Shown here: positions 26,909 through 35,406 of the stretch, one piece after another | How positions within the stretch are numbered: position 1 is the stretch's first letter | Layout: each line of letters opens with the position of its first letter | DNA from: Candidatus Enterousia sp. | GTDB taxonomy: Bacteria > Pseudomonadota > Alphaproteobacteria > Rs-D84 | Direction: 5' to 3' | Assembly (NCBI GenBank): GCA_045613315.1 | Contig: JAZLAV010000007.1 | Coordinates: 1,785 to 65,784 of the forward strand | DNA length: 64,000 bases | Program-made: the position numbers and the translations under genes | The notes under the pieces: generated by a model | The model's input: only the letters and a program-made list of their open reading frames with translations | What the model was told of the DNA's origin: nothing | Databases searched by the model: none

Positions 26909-27169
26909 ATGTCAAACAAACAAAATACGTTATCAAATCTGGTTGATACATTACGGGGCGGGTGGTTTTTAATTGCATTTATTGCCGGTATGGTTTATTG
27001 GGTTGCCCGTCAGGATTTTTCACTGGACGATTTATCGCGTGCAAACGAACGCATAACGGCATTGGAAAACCGCACCACGATTTTGGAAACAGGCATCGGG
27101 CAATTGCAAATGAAAATTGACGGAATCAAAGAAGATGTCACACTTATAAAAAGTGCGGTTATAAAATAA
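26909..27169 (+). CDS. membrane-anchored coiled-coil protein (i-spanin-like or holin-like)
   Basis: N-terminal TM GWFLIAFIAGMVYWVA followed by heptad-like ITALENRTTILETGIGQLQMKIDGIKEDV. Confidence 0.45.
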   Translation: MSNKQNTLSNLVDTLRGGWFLIAFIAGMVYWVARQDFSLDDLSRANERITALENRTTILETGIGQLQMKIDGIKEDVTLIKSAVIK

Positions 27170-27200
27170 AAGAACCCCACAAATGTGGGGTTTGTTTTTT
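27170..27200. terminator. bidirectional intrinsic terminator
   Basis: AACCCCAC-AAAT-GTGGGGTT with an A-run before and a T-run after. Confidence 0.75.
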
Positions 27201-28620
27201 ACTGGTTATTGTTTCCCAAAAAACGGCGATAAACCCTGTCGTTTATTTTTATCGGGTATTCACGAATCAAGAACGAATTGTAATCGTCGGTGATTTGTCG
27301 TGCCGATAATTTTTGGACGTCGGTGGTTGTGTCAGCCATCTTTTTGGTGTTGATGGCCGGTTTTACATCCGATTTAACCGACATAACATAAAACGCATTG
27401 TCGCCCGCAACGATTTCGCTGGATCCGACGTCCGATTTGAATGCCGCAACCAAAACAGCATCCGGTGCGCCGTTTGTGCGTGATACGGTTGCCGATTTTT
27501 TGTTGGCCATATCGCCACCGGCATTAACATCAACCAAAATCTCGTTTGCACGAACATACGCCTGTTTGCGTTTTGAGTCGCGTGTCCAATCCGCCACCAG
27601 CGATTTTTTCACCGTTTCAAATTCGGCGGTGTGTGCGGGTTCTATTTTATCAACACGCATAATTACGAATCCCGATTTTGTTTCAATCATTTCGGATTCC
27701 GTTCCCATATCCATCGACAACAATTTAGATATCATCGCATCGGTCAAAACGTCATCTGTTGGACGATTCTTGGCGGTGAACGGTTTTAATGAAATAAATT
27801 TTGCCTTGTTCTTGGTTGCGGCGTCGACCATGGAATCGCCACCAATAATGGCGTCTTCGACCCGGACCGCGATATCATATGCCGCACCGTATTCATCCGG
27901 TTTTGACATATCCGCCGGCACCAACACATATGACGCAGTGCGCGTTTCATCGACCGTTTGCGGGTTTTGAGCATAGAAATTACGCAAATCTTCATCCGAT
28001 GGGGTGCCCGCCTTGAAATCGTCAAATTTTATTGTTGTGTATTCAATACCACGTTCCGCGTTGCGTGCATTATACATCGCGGTGGTGACAAATGTCGGGG
28101 TTTTTATTGGCGCACCAACCGCCCCCAGCACCATGGAACGTAAAACGGATGCCCGCAGGATTTCTGCAAATTCCGCTTCGGAATAGCCGGAATTACGCAA
28201 AACGGTATCAAATTTCAGTGTTGAAAATGCACCGTTTTCCTGGAATTCTGGATATTCGCGAATTTCGCGTGCGATACGGTGATCGGACACGATAAATCCC
28301 ATTTTTTCGCCACGGTTTTCAACCATTTTCTGGGTGGTTAATTTTGAAATAATGTCATTTTGGAATTTTGCCGACGCGACCGGGTCAACATATATATTGC
28401 GCATTTCGTCGCGTGACATGGTGGCCATTTCGCGTGAACGTTCCAAATTATATTGTTGAACGGAAACATTTTCCGGGCCAACACGCACCAGTGTGGTATC
28501 ACTCATCACATTTCCGAAAATCCATTCTGCAACGCCCCATCCAACAAAAGAAAAGGCCAAAATTGTAATCAAAACTTTCGCAATCGGTTTTTCCGACGCA
28601 TTACGTAAATATTCTAGCAT
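27199..28620 (-). CDS. ppiD: PpiD-like periplasmic chaperone (SurA N-terminal-domain protein)
   Basis: MLEYLRNASEKPIAKVLITILAFSFVGWG is an N-terminal anchor typical of PpiD. Size and overall pattern fit. I saw no clear parvulin signature. Confidence 0.65.
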   Translation of the reverse strand: MLEYLRNASEKPIAKVLITILAFSFVGWGVAEWIFGNVMSDTTLVRVGPENVSVQQYNLERSREMATMSRDEMRNIYVDPVASAKFQNDIISKLTTQKMVENRGEKMGFIVSDHRIAREIREYPEFQENGAFSTLKFDTVLRNSGYSEAEFAEILRASVLRSMVLGAVGAPIKTPTFVTTAMYNARNAERGIEYTTIKFDDFKAGTPSDEDLRNFYAQNPQTVDETRTASYVLVPADMSKPDEYGAAYDIAVRVEDAIIGGDSMVDAATKNKAKFISLKPFTAKNRPTDDVLTDAMISKLLSMDMGTESEMIETKSGFVIMRVDKIEPAHTAEFETVKKSLVADWTRDSKRKQAYVRANEILVDVNAGGDMANKKSATVSRTNGAPDAVLVAAFKSDVGSSEIVAGDNAFYVMSVKSDVKPAINTKKMADTTTDVQKLSARQITDDYNSFLIREYPIKINDRVYRRFLGNNNQ

Positions 28621-28687
28621 TTAATCCCCTTTTGCGATACCATAGCAAAACGATATAATGAAAATCAACGAAAAAAAGGGGAAAATA

Positions 28688-29389
28688 ATGAAAATTATCG
28701 CGGGTAATTGGAAAATGAACGGGTCGCGTTCGGGGGTGCGTGAAATGCAGACCGCGTTGGCGAACATTGACACCGAAAATACCGTGATTTTGTGTGTGCC
28801 GTTTATATTTTTGAACGGTGAATCTGGGCCCGCATTTATTGGTGCCCAGGATGTGTCCCCCCACGACCATGGCGCATTTACGGGCGAAATTTCGGCGTCT
28901 ATGTTGCGGGATGCGGGGGTGAAATATGTCATCGTCGGGCACAGTGAACGCCGTATGTATCACGGCGAAACAAATGAAATTGTCCGGCACAAGGCGGAAA
29001 TGGCCCTGGCGCATGGAATAACACCGATTGTTTGTGTTGGTGAAACTTCTGATGAACGCGATGCGGGCAAAACACTGGAAATTATTGAATCCGGGGTTCG
29101 GGAATCGGTCCCGGAAACGGGTGGTGATGTCATTGTGGCGTACGAACCACGTTGGGCGATTGGGGCGGGAATTACACCCACGGCCGAAGATATTGCGGCG
29201 GCACACACACTTATTGCAGAAATTCTGATGAAAATGGGGCGGGGCGGCACACCGATTTTGTATGGCGCATCGGTTAACGGTTCGAATGCCGCGCAAATTA
29301 TGTCGATTCCGCATGTAGATGGGGTGCTGGTTGGTGGGGCGTCCTTGAAACCGGACGATTTCATACCTATAATAATGGCAACGAAATAG
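28688..29389 (+). CDS. tpiA: triosephosphate isomerase
   Basis: MKIIAGNWKMNG, VGHSERR, AYEPRWAIG and GGASLK. The start follows AAAAGGGGAAAATA. Confidence 0.93.
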   Translation: MKIIAGNWKMNGSRSGVREMQTALANIDTENTVILCVPFIFLNGESGPAFIGAQDVSPHDHGAFTGEISASMLRDAGVKYVIVGHSERRMYHGETNEIVRHKAEMALAHGITPIVCVGETSDERDAGKTLEIIESGVRESVPETGGDVIVAYEPRWAIGAGITPTAEDIAAAHTLIAEILMKMGRGGTPILYGASVNGSNAAQIMSIPHVDGVLVGGASLKPDDFIPIIMATK

Positions 29390-29445
29390 TAATATGTTAA
29401 TAACCGGGGGCGAATCCGCCGCCCCCAAACAGGACAGGTGTTGTT

Positions 29446-29973
29446 ATGGACGAAACAAAAGAAGAAATAAAAATTGATGCCGTATCGGTTGACGACGCGG
29501 GCATAAATACGGAATCCACCGAAACACCGGTGGACGACCCCAAAAACCCAGAAATTGAAAAATTGACCGCAACAATTGCCGAATTAAACGACAAATATTT
29601 GCGGGCGGTGGCGGAATTGGAAAACACGCGCCGTCGTGCGGCGATTGACGCGGACGCATTGGCGCGCAATCGTGCGATGTCGGTGGTGCGGCAATTTTTG
29701 CCGGTGATTGATGCGGTGGCGGCGGCATTGGCGCATACGCCCGATGATGCGGGGTTGCAATCCATGGCGCGTGCGATTGACGCGGCGTGTGGGGCGATTG
29801 GTATGGTAAAAATCGAAACAGTGGGCAAGGTTTTAAACCCCCAATTTCATAACGCAATCCAGGTTGTAGAAACCGCGGACACAGAATCAAATATAATTGT
29901 TGATGAAATGCAGGCGGGGTATATGTTTGGTGATTCTGTTTTACGACCGGCAATGGTTATTGTCAGTAAATAA
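29446..29973 (+). CDS. grpE: nucleotide exchange factor GrpE
   Basis: LRAVAELENTRRR and a GrpE-type C-terminus including FHNAI and LRPAMV. Confidence 0.9.
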   Translation: MDETKEEIKIDAVSVDDAGINTESTETPVDDPKNPEIEKLTATIAELNDKYLRAVAELENTRRRAAIDADALARNRAMSVVRQFLPVIDAVAAALAHTPDDAGLQSMARAIDAACGAIGMVKIETVGKVLNPQFHNAIQVVETADTESNIIVDEMQAGYMFGDSVLRPAMVIVSK

Positions 29974-30000
29974 AAACGCCCAAACGGGCGTTTTTATTTT
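29972..30000. terminator. bidirectional intrinsic terminator
   Basis: AAAAACGCCC-AAAC-GGGCGTTTTT. Confidence 0.75.
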
Positions 30001-30150
30001 TTAGCAACCACCGGTGATATTGCCGATGATTTTAGAAATTGAAATATCTTTGTGCAGCAAGAAATCATATTCGCAATTACCCTGTTTATATGAACCAGTG
30101 CATGCAGCCAATGTCAAAACGGCGAACAATGCCAACATTACTTTTTTCAT
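30001..30150 (-). CDS. small lipoprotein (49 aa)
   Basis: Internal Met of ORF 30001..30372. It reads MKKVMLALFAVLTLAACTGS... with a lipobox, and the RBS is AGGAGACATC. Confidence 0.5.
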   Translation of the reverse strand: MKKVMLALFAVLTLAACTGSYKQGNCEYDFLLHKDISISKIIGNITGGC

Positions 30151-30220
30151 GATGTCTCCTTTCTGTTTAAAAAGTACAAAGACATTATACAGGAATAAAG
30201 TTCGTTGGCAAGGGATATTT

Positions 30221-30580
30221 TCACAATGTTCCGCGCGCCCAATAAATGCGCCACCCCGTGACCAAAATTGCGTCGAAACGTGCGTCGCCCCGCCAACCCG
30301 TTCTCGCGATAAAGTTTTCCGCCGCCCGGCGCAGGCGCACCCGTTGTGCACGCGTGATTGCATCCCATGCAATTTCGATGTTGTGGCGACGTTTTACCTC
30401 GACAAAAATCATTAAATTACGACGGCGCGCAATAATGTCTATCTCTGCGCGACCCGTATTGCGCCCGGTAATATATCGCGACCGCACAATGCGAAATCCG
30501 TGGGCGCGCAAATACATTTTCGCCAAAAATTCAGCAAAAAGTCCAGATTGATATGAATTCATATGAACATTATAGGACAC
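30221..30580 (-). CDS. yraN: YraN-family (UPF0102) endonuclease-like protein
   Basis: GLFAEFLAKMYLRAHGFRIV...GRAEIDIIARRRNLMIFVEVKRR is the UPF0102 PD-(D/E)xK pattern. Confidence 0.8.
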   Translation of the reverse strand: MSYNVHMNSYQSGLFAEFLAKMYLRAHGFRIVRSRYITGRNTGRAEIDIIARRRNLMIFVEVKRRHNIEIAWDAITRAQRVRLRRAAENFIARTGWRGDARFDAILVTGWRIYWARGTL

Positions 30581-30870
30581 TTTATTTCATAAATGACAGC
30601 GTTTTTTTTACCTGCCCCGTGGGGGCGGGACAGATTTACTTACGAACGAATGTGAGTTAGTAAATCTTGGGTGGGGTGACATATTGCGTATTCTGGTAAT
30701 CCGTCTTCGCTTCGCCGAGACTTCGCCCCACCCAAACGTTGCTAAATGTCTGGCGACATTAAGCCAACAGTATCCCGCCCCAATGGGGCGGGTTAAAAAT
30801 GTTCATTATGCAACAAGGTGTTTTTCAAACAATCAGAAAACTGGGCAGGATAAAACCAAAGGAGCAATGC

Positions 30871-31125
30871 ATGTCCAGACAAATTCAAATTCGGCGCGGC
30901 ACCGCGGCGGAACACGAAAACTTTACAGGTGCGATTGGTGAAATAACAATGGATACGACAAACAAAACAATCCGCGTGCATGACGGCGCAACCGCGGGCG
31001 GCACAGTATTGGCAAAACAAAGCGAAATACCGACCGGTTTTTTATCGGTCCCCAATTATGAAAATGGAAGTTCGTATACATTGGGGAATGTATTTACATC
31101 AGACGGGTGGTTAAAATATGTGTAA
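30871..31125 (+). CDS. phage tail-fibre protein fragment with an Mtd-N-type N-terminal domain
   Basis: MSRQIQIRRGTAAEHENFTGAIGEITMDTTNKTIRVHDGATAGG. RBS is AAAGGAGCAATGC. It stops after 84 aa. Confidence 0.6.
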   Translation: MSRQIQIRRGTAAEHENFTGAIGEITMDTTNKTIRVHDGATAGGTVLAKQSEIPTGFLSVPNYENGSSYTLGNVFTSDGWLKYV

Positions 31126-31127
31126 AA

Positions 31128-31343
31128 ATGGGCGTTGCGGGTGCCACACATGATTGCACACTGCAGATAAAAAACCAAAATGGCACGATTTTAACATCTT
31201 TTAACTACTGCGCTCAATATTTGCAAGTAATTGACATAATGATACCGGTAAAAAGTGGATTAAAATGCGAATGCGTGGGTAGTTATAACGAACTGGTTCT
31301 TACTTTTTTCATTGCTAGTTATAAAAATAACTGTCGTCATTGA
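31128..31343 (+). CDS. small Cys-containing protein, possibly the frameshifted distal part of the fibre gene
   Basis: The ORF 31107..31343 overlaps the end of the fibre fragment in another frame. It is beta-rich (CTLQIKNQNGTILTSFNYC...GLKCECVGSYNELVLTF). Confidence 0.35.
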   Translation: MGVAGATHDCTLQIKNQNGTILTSFNYCAQYLQVIDIMIPVKSGLKCECVGSYNELVLTFFIASYKNNCRH

Positions 31344-31357
31344 CGACAGTTATTGGT

Positions 31358-32344
31358 TTACATGAATTGCAATATATTTTTTAAATCTGATACAAACTTG
31401 TCATGATCATTTTCAATAACAGATCTGTAATATGCAAAATCATCAATTTTTGTGTCATAGTTTTTCATACAATCGCGAATTTGATTGATAATAGCATGAA
31501 TGTTGTTTTCTGTGACATCAAACTTGTATTCTGGTTTTATTGGTACATCACCATAAAATACCGCAGAACCACGGTTCCCAACAATAATAATATTGCCCTG
31601 GATGGCGGCTTCGCGGGGGAAACGATCTTTGCCTGGATGATTACCAAAATCTATATATACTTTACTTTCTGCACAAAGCTCTCGAACCTGTTCTGGGGTC
31701 ATGTTTTCTAATGGACGAAAAGTCAAATCTGGTGCCGATTCAATTAACTTTTTTGTAAAATCAAACCCTTTCTTTGGGTTGTATATAACGATGTCTTTTC
31801 GTTTATTGGATTTTAAATAGGCTTTTGTGGCAAAAAAATCATCCCTTAGATAATCCGCAAGGAATGCTTTGTTGCGAACGTGTTTGCGTGCTAAAAAGTC
31901 CATGGCGTATTCAGATTGTGCTAAATGTAAAATATTTTGATCGGATAAACTGATTATGTGTGGATTCTTTTTGTGTGTAATAAATGCCCAAATACGTTTT
32001 TTAAGATTTATCTTTGGTAAATGTTCAAAATAATTATCAACACTTAGCCACCAAAATACCCGTTGGGCAAATTTTACAGAGTTTAAAATATTTGCGAATA
32101 ATTCTGGCACAATGACAACATTGTGTGGCGCATCTTGTATATCAAATACATACGGCACATTAAATATTTTGAACCGTTCGCCAACAACATCTTTTTGATT
32201 TTTGACATCTGTATAATACATAACTGCGTTTACATTTAATTTGCGCATTTCATAGGCCAAGACGTGTAATGCCTCGGTCCCGCCCGTTTGAAACGAAGCG
32301 GGACATGCGATATAAACGATTGTATTATCATAAATCTGTATCAT
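31358..32344 (-). CDS. glycosyltransferase (GT-B fold, group-1-like)
   Basis: The C-terminal IDFGNHPGKDRFPREAAIQGNIIIVGNRGS resembles the GT4 E-x7-E region. 328 aa. Confidence 0.5.
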   Translation of the reverse strand: MIQIYDNTIVYIACPASFQTGGTEALHVLAYEMRKLNVNAVMYYTDVKNQKDVVGERFKIFNVPYVFDIQDAPHNVVIVPELFANILNSVKFAQRVFWWLSVDNYFEHLPKINLKKRIWAFITHKKNPHIISLSDQNILHLAQSEYAMDFLARKHVRNKAFLADYLRDDFFATKAYLKSNKRKDIVIYNPKKGFDFTKKLIESAPDLTFRPLENMTPEQVRELCAESKVYIDFGNHPGKDRFPREAAIQGNIIIVGNRGSAVFYGDVPIKPEYKFDVTENNIHAIINQIRDCMKNYDTKIDDFAYYRSVIENDHDKFVSDLKNILQFM

Positions 32345-32345
32345 C

Positions 32346-32903
32346 TTATTTTCTCTTGGCTTTTAAGACAGGTATAACCCCAAACAATTTATAACTTGTG
32401 TTGCTCTCGGTTTGTTTTATTGTCATTAATGGAATAAAATTAAACAAATAAATCTTATGCTTGGACGTGGGTTTGGAATCTGTTTGCATTTGTTTTTCTA
32501 TCCAGCGTAATCTTGCTTCGTTTTCGTAATTAATGTCCGAACAAATAGAAATAGGATAATTTAAGTTCAAAAACTTTTGATAGTAAGCCTTGATTTGTGG
32601 CATCATATCTTTGTTTTCTTCTCTATGAGAATTATACAGCAAGTGTACCATCAATGCTTTTGGACAAACAACGATGTTTGGTTTATGTTCTTTACACCAC
32701 ATGTGCATTCTGTGTTCGTCTTCATGTGGGGATGCGTTTTCTACAACATTCCAGAATCCTTTTTTAAACAGAATACAGTTAATAGACATTCGTTGTTCGG
32801 GATCAAAGCAGAAATCCGCTTGGTTGCTGCATTTGTTAACATATTCTGGCACATTTAATGTGGTGTGCATGTGCAACCATCTTGCAATATACGGGTAACG
32901 CAT
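32346..32903 (-). CDS. hypothetical protein (possible glycosyltransferase-related, possibly truncated)
   Basis: Lies 1 nt upstream of the GT gene. The longer ORF (to 32996) overlaps the next gene, so I used Met32. No firm family. Confidence 0.35.
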   Translation of the reverse strand: MRYPYIARWLHMHTTLNVPEYVNKCSNQADFCFDPEQRMSINCILFKKGFWNVVENASPHEDEHRMHMWCKEHKPNIVVCPKALMVHLLYNSHREENKDMMPQIKAYYQKFLNLNYPISICSDINYENEARLRWIEKQMQTDSKPTSKHKIYLFNFIPLMTIKQTESNTSYKLFGVIPVLKAKRK

Positions 32904-32955
32904 AATTGTGCCGGCACCCCCACGGATACCGGTTATAAATTGTATGGAACATAAA

Positions 32956-33744
32956 TTAAAATGCGTATGGTTTTGCGTTGAAATGTTCGCGCGCACCCGT
33001 CACATTTGCCGCCGCATCGTTCGCATGGCGACCATTGTCAACCAATTCCAATGCGCCAAAATATGCCGTCATCATCGGATCATAGGCGTTGTTGGATGTT
33101 AACCACCGATCCGTGCCGGAATTCGGGGTGCCGTATTTATCAACCACACCCGACCAAAATGTTAAAATCTTTTTTTGACGTTGGTCCGCGAATTTGGCCG
33201 CCGTGCCTTCGGTTTCATTGGCGTCATTGTTATATTCCACACGCCAAACACGGTTGTCGGTCGCGTTGCTGGTAAAAAATACGTCAATTGTTTCGCCCGT
33301 CAATTCCCGCACCAGATGATATTCCGATACATACATTAAACCACGGTTTTGTGCCAGGCTGCGAATACACTGTTCCAATTGGGCGGGAACAAAAATGTTT
33401 TGCTGTCTGCATTCGTAATCCAAATTATACCGCCAATCGGTCGGAATTGTATATACAACCGCATCAATCGCACGTGGTGCATAAATTCCGCCATCCGCAA
33501 ACAATGTGCGTACATCGTCAAATGACATTCCCAACATAATTCCGGCAATGTCGAACGATTCCACCGCGCGTGGCCATGCACCCGCGTTTATCGAATATGA
33601 ATCGGTCGTAATGTCGGGATCCACACTGTCGGCGATGGCAAAATTGTCAAAATCAAACGGGTCGTCATATTCGGCACCATTCGCCACGGGCGCAAATGCC
33701 GCAAACACAAACAATAAAAATATCAACCGTTTAATCATTTGCAA
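32956..33744 (-). CDS. secreted protein, function unknown
   Basis: Signal peptide MQMIKRLIFLLFVFAAFAPVANGA. It overlaps the upstream gene by 14 nt, which suggests an operon. Confidence 0.55.
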   Translation of the reverse strand: MQMIKRLIFLLFVFAAFAPVANGAEYDDPFDFDNFAIADSVDPDITTDSYSINAGAWPRAVESFDIAGIMLGMSFDDVRTLFADGGIYAPRAIDAVVYTIPTDWRYNLDYECRQQNIFVPAQLEQCIRSLAQNRGLMYVSEYHLVRELTGETIDVFFTSNATDNRVWRVEYNNDANETEGTAAKFADQRQKKILTFWSGVVDKYGTPNSGTDRWLTSNNAYDPMMTAYFGALELVDNGRHANDAAANVTGAREHFNAKPYAF

Positions 33745-34402
33745 TTCGTTCCAAATCAGTCACCAAAAACCGGAATATAACCGCGGGGTCACATTCGGTT
33801 TCAAACCTATTATAACCGCATTTTAAATATTTTCCAATATCTAATGCGGCGCCCCCCAATGTGTCGCGCAGCCCCGGTTCAAATAAAACATTCATTTGTA
33901 ATATGCCACGCGTTATTTGGGGCATCGCCGACATATCATTTGGAACGGTCCATGTTTTTAACACATATGGCACAATCCAATAATCCCCGTCCATATATAT
34001 TTCACCGTTAATATCAACGGTACGCATCATATTGTTTTCGGCCATCGATTTTATACCCGCGGCTTCGCCCCGAATCCACGCGTCAAAAACCGCCGGTGTG
34101 GACATACGGGCCAATGTCGAACGTGACGTACAACGATTTTCAATGTTGTTCGGGTCCGGAACCGCATAGAAATATTCCGTCACATATTTTTTTATCAGCA
34201 TTTCACGCATTGTTGTTTCGTTCATATCCGACAATCGTACCGGATTGCCCGGGCGCATAACCGACAATTCGTTTGTCTGGAAAAAATAGGTTTCAATGTT
34301 TTCCATGGCACCGGTGTCATAAATCGCAGATGCCAAAAACAGCATCGCCATCGTCAGAATCAGCAACAAAATTCCCGCAAAAAATGTGATGATTCTTCTC
34401 AT
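33731..34402 (-). CDS. bitopic membrane protein, VirB8-like architecture (putative)
   Basis: N-terminal TM ITFFAGILLLILTMAMLFLA plus a periplasmic domain of about 190 aa. It is in tandem with, and overlaps by 4 nt, a similarly built gene. Confidence 0.35.
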   Translation of the reverse strand: MRRIITFFAGILLLILTMAMLFLASAIYDTGAMENIETYFFQTNELSVMRPGNPVRLSDMNETTMREMLIKKYVTEYFYAVPDPNNIENRCTSRSTLARMSTPAVFDAWIRGEAAGIKSMAENNMMRTVDINGEIYMDGDYWIVPYVLKTWTVPNDMSAMPQITRGILQMNVLFEPGLRDTLGGAALDIGKYLKCGYNRFETECDPAVIFRFLVTDLERIAND

Positions 34403-35097
34403 TGGCTGATCCGGTATGTGTTAAAGTTGTTGATGTAATACCCCCGCGTCATGGGATAGTATTTCATATTGCGCGCCACCGTGGCATATCCAACAATGTC
34501 CATGGCCGCCACCCCACCATCGGTCAAAATTGTTAACTGGATGCGCCACGTGCCCCCGTCGGACGAAACGGCACCAATCGGATCGATGCGTATGGATTCG
34601 GTCACGGGAAACCATGTCGCGCCCGCAGATTCCATCGCGATATAATTCGGCAAAACACTTTCTGAAAAACGATAAAACAAATCGTCGCCCGACATACAGT
34701 ATATCGCACAATGACGCGTGTCGCCCGTGTCACCCGTACATTGTTCGCGTGCACATTTTGTTTCCCAAACGGCAACATTTCGATTGTGATTGCGCGAAAT
34801 ACCAAACCAATTTCGTGTGAATCGCCAAACCAACGATTGTTGGAATAACTGGGCATCGGTCATTTCCAGTGTCGGTGTTTCCGTGCCCGCCATAACAATT
34901 CGCCATTGGTCGTTAATTCCGTCCGTCGCCAGTATATATGGTTCGACACGTGCGGAACGAATTGTCCATATTAACATCGCGCAAAGAAAGATTATTACAA
35001 GAAAAGCAGACATAATTCCAATACCCATCGCACGGGAAACAGCAATGCTTTTCCCCGCCGGAAATGTCGGTGTATTAAAATCGTCTGGATAATTCAA
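34399..35097 (-). CDS. bitopic membrane protein, VirB8-like (putative)
   Basis: Short cytoplasmic N-terminus, TM GIGIMSAFLVIIFLCAMLIW, then EPYILATDGIN..., LFQQSLVWRFTRNWFGI and C-terminal RGYYINNFNTYRI, paralleling the VirB8 PYVV.VD / YV..RE.Y / NPLGF.V..YR pattern. Confidence 0.4.
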   Translation of the reverse strand: MNYPDDFNTPTFPAGKSIAVSRAMGIGIMSAFLVIIFLCAMLIWTIRSARVEPYILATDGINDQWRIVMAGTETPTLEMTDAQLFQQSLVWRFTRNWFGISRNHNRNVAVWETKCAREQCTGDTGDTRHCAIYCMSGDDLFYRFSESVLPNYIAMESAGATWFPVTESIRIDPIGAVSSDGGTWRIQLTILTDGGVAAMDIVGYATVARNMKYYPMTRGYYINNFNTYRISQ

Positions 35098-35127
35098 TGT
35101 CGTCCCCCCAACAACAATGTTTTAAAA

Positions 35128-35274
35128 CTAGGCCTGGTAAACCATAATGCACGCGCAAGGGCTTAATTTCAGTTCATTATTGTCGTATCCAACGCCAACC
35201 GGTTCACGGTCGTAAACCTGGCCACAGCCGGCCAAAGCCAACGCAACAAATACGCCCAGAATCACTTTTTTCAT
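35128..35274 (-). CDS. small lipoprotein (48 aa), VirB7-like (putative)
   Basis: Too short for the ORF track. Strong RBS AAGGGGGAAATGATT. It reads MKKVILGVFVALALAGCGQVYDREPVGVGYDNNELKLSPCACIMVYQA, with a lipobox and a K-x-SPC motif as in ComB7/VirB7-type lipoproteins (recalled). Confidence 0.4.
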   Translation of the reverse strand: MKKVILGVFVALALAGCGQVYDREPVGVGYDNNELKLSPCACIMVYQA

Positions 35275-35406
35275 AATCATTTCCCCCTTAGATTATTTTG
35301 ATTATAAAAAAATTACGCGCGCCGTGTCAAATGATTATATGGCATAAAAAATTCCAGGGCGGCCAAATCGTCCGTCCTGGAATTTGGTTTTAATAAAACA
35401 ATGTTT

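Larger units (their letters stand above)
14308..27169 (+). mobile_element. T7-type podovirus-derived structural and lysis gene cluster (prophage remnant or domesticated particle locus), interrupted by a host-gene block at 21265-24583
   Basis: A same-strand run of phage morphogenesis genes, each listed as its own feature. No integrase or replication genes. Composition looks the same as the flanking core genes. Confidence 0.65.

Noticed and set aside
28601-29428. 275-aa minus-strand ORF covering tpiA
   Set aside because: It is antisense to tpiA, which shows all the classical TIM motifs. The translation is Arg/His/Cys-rich junk.
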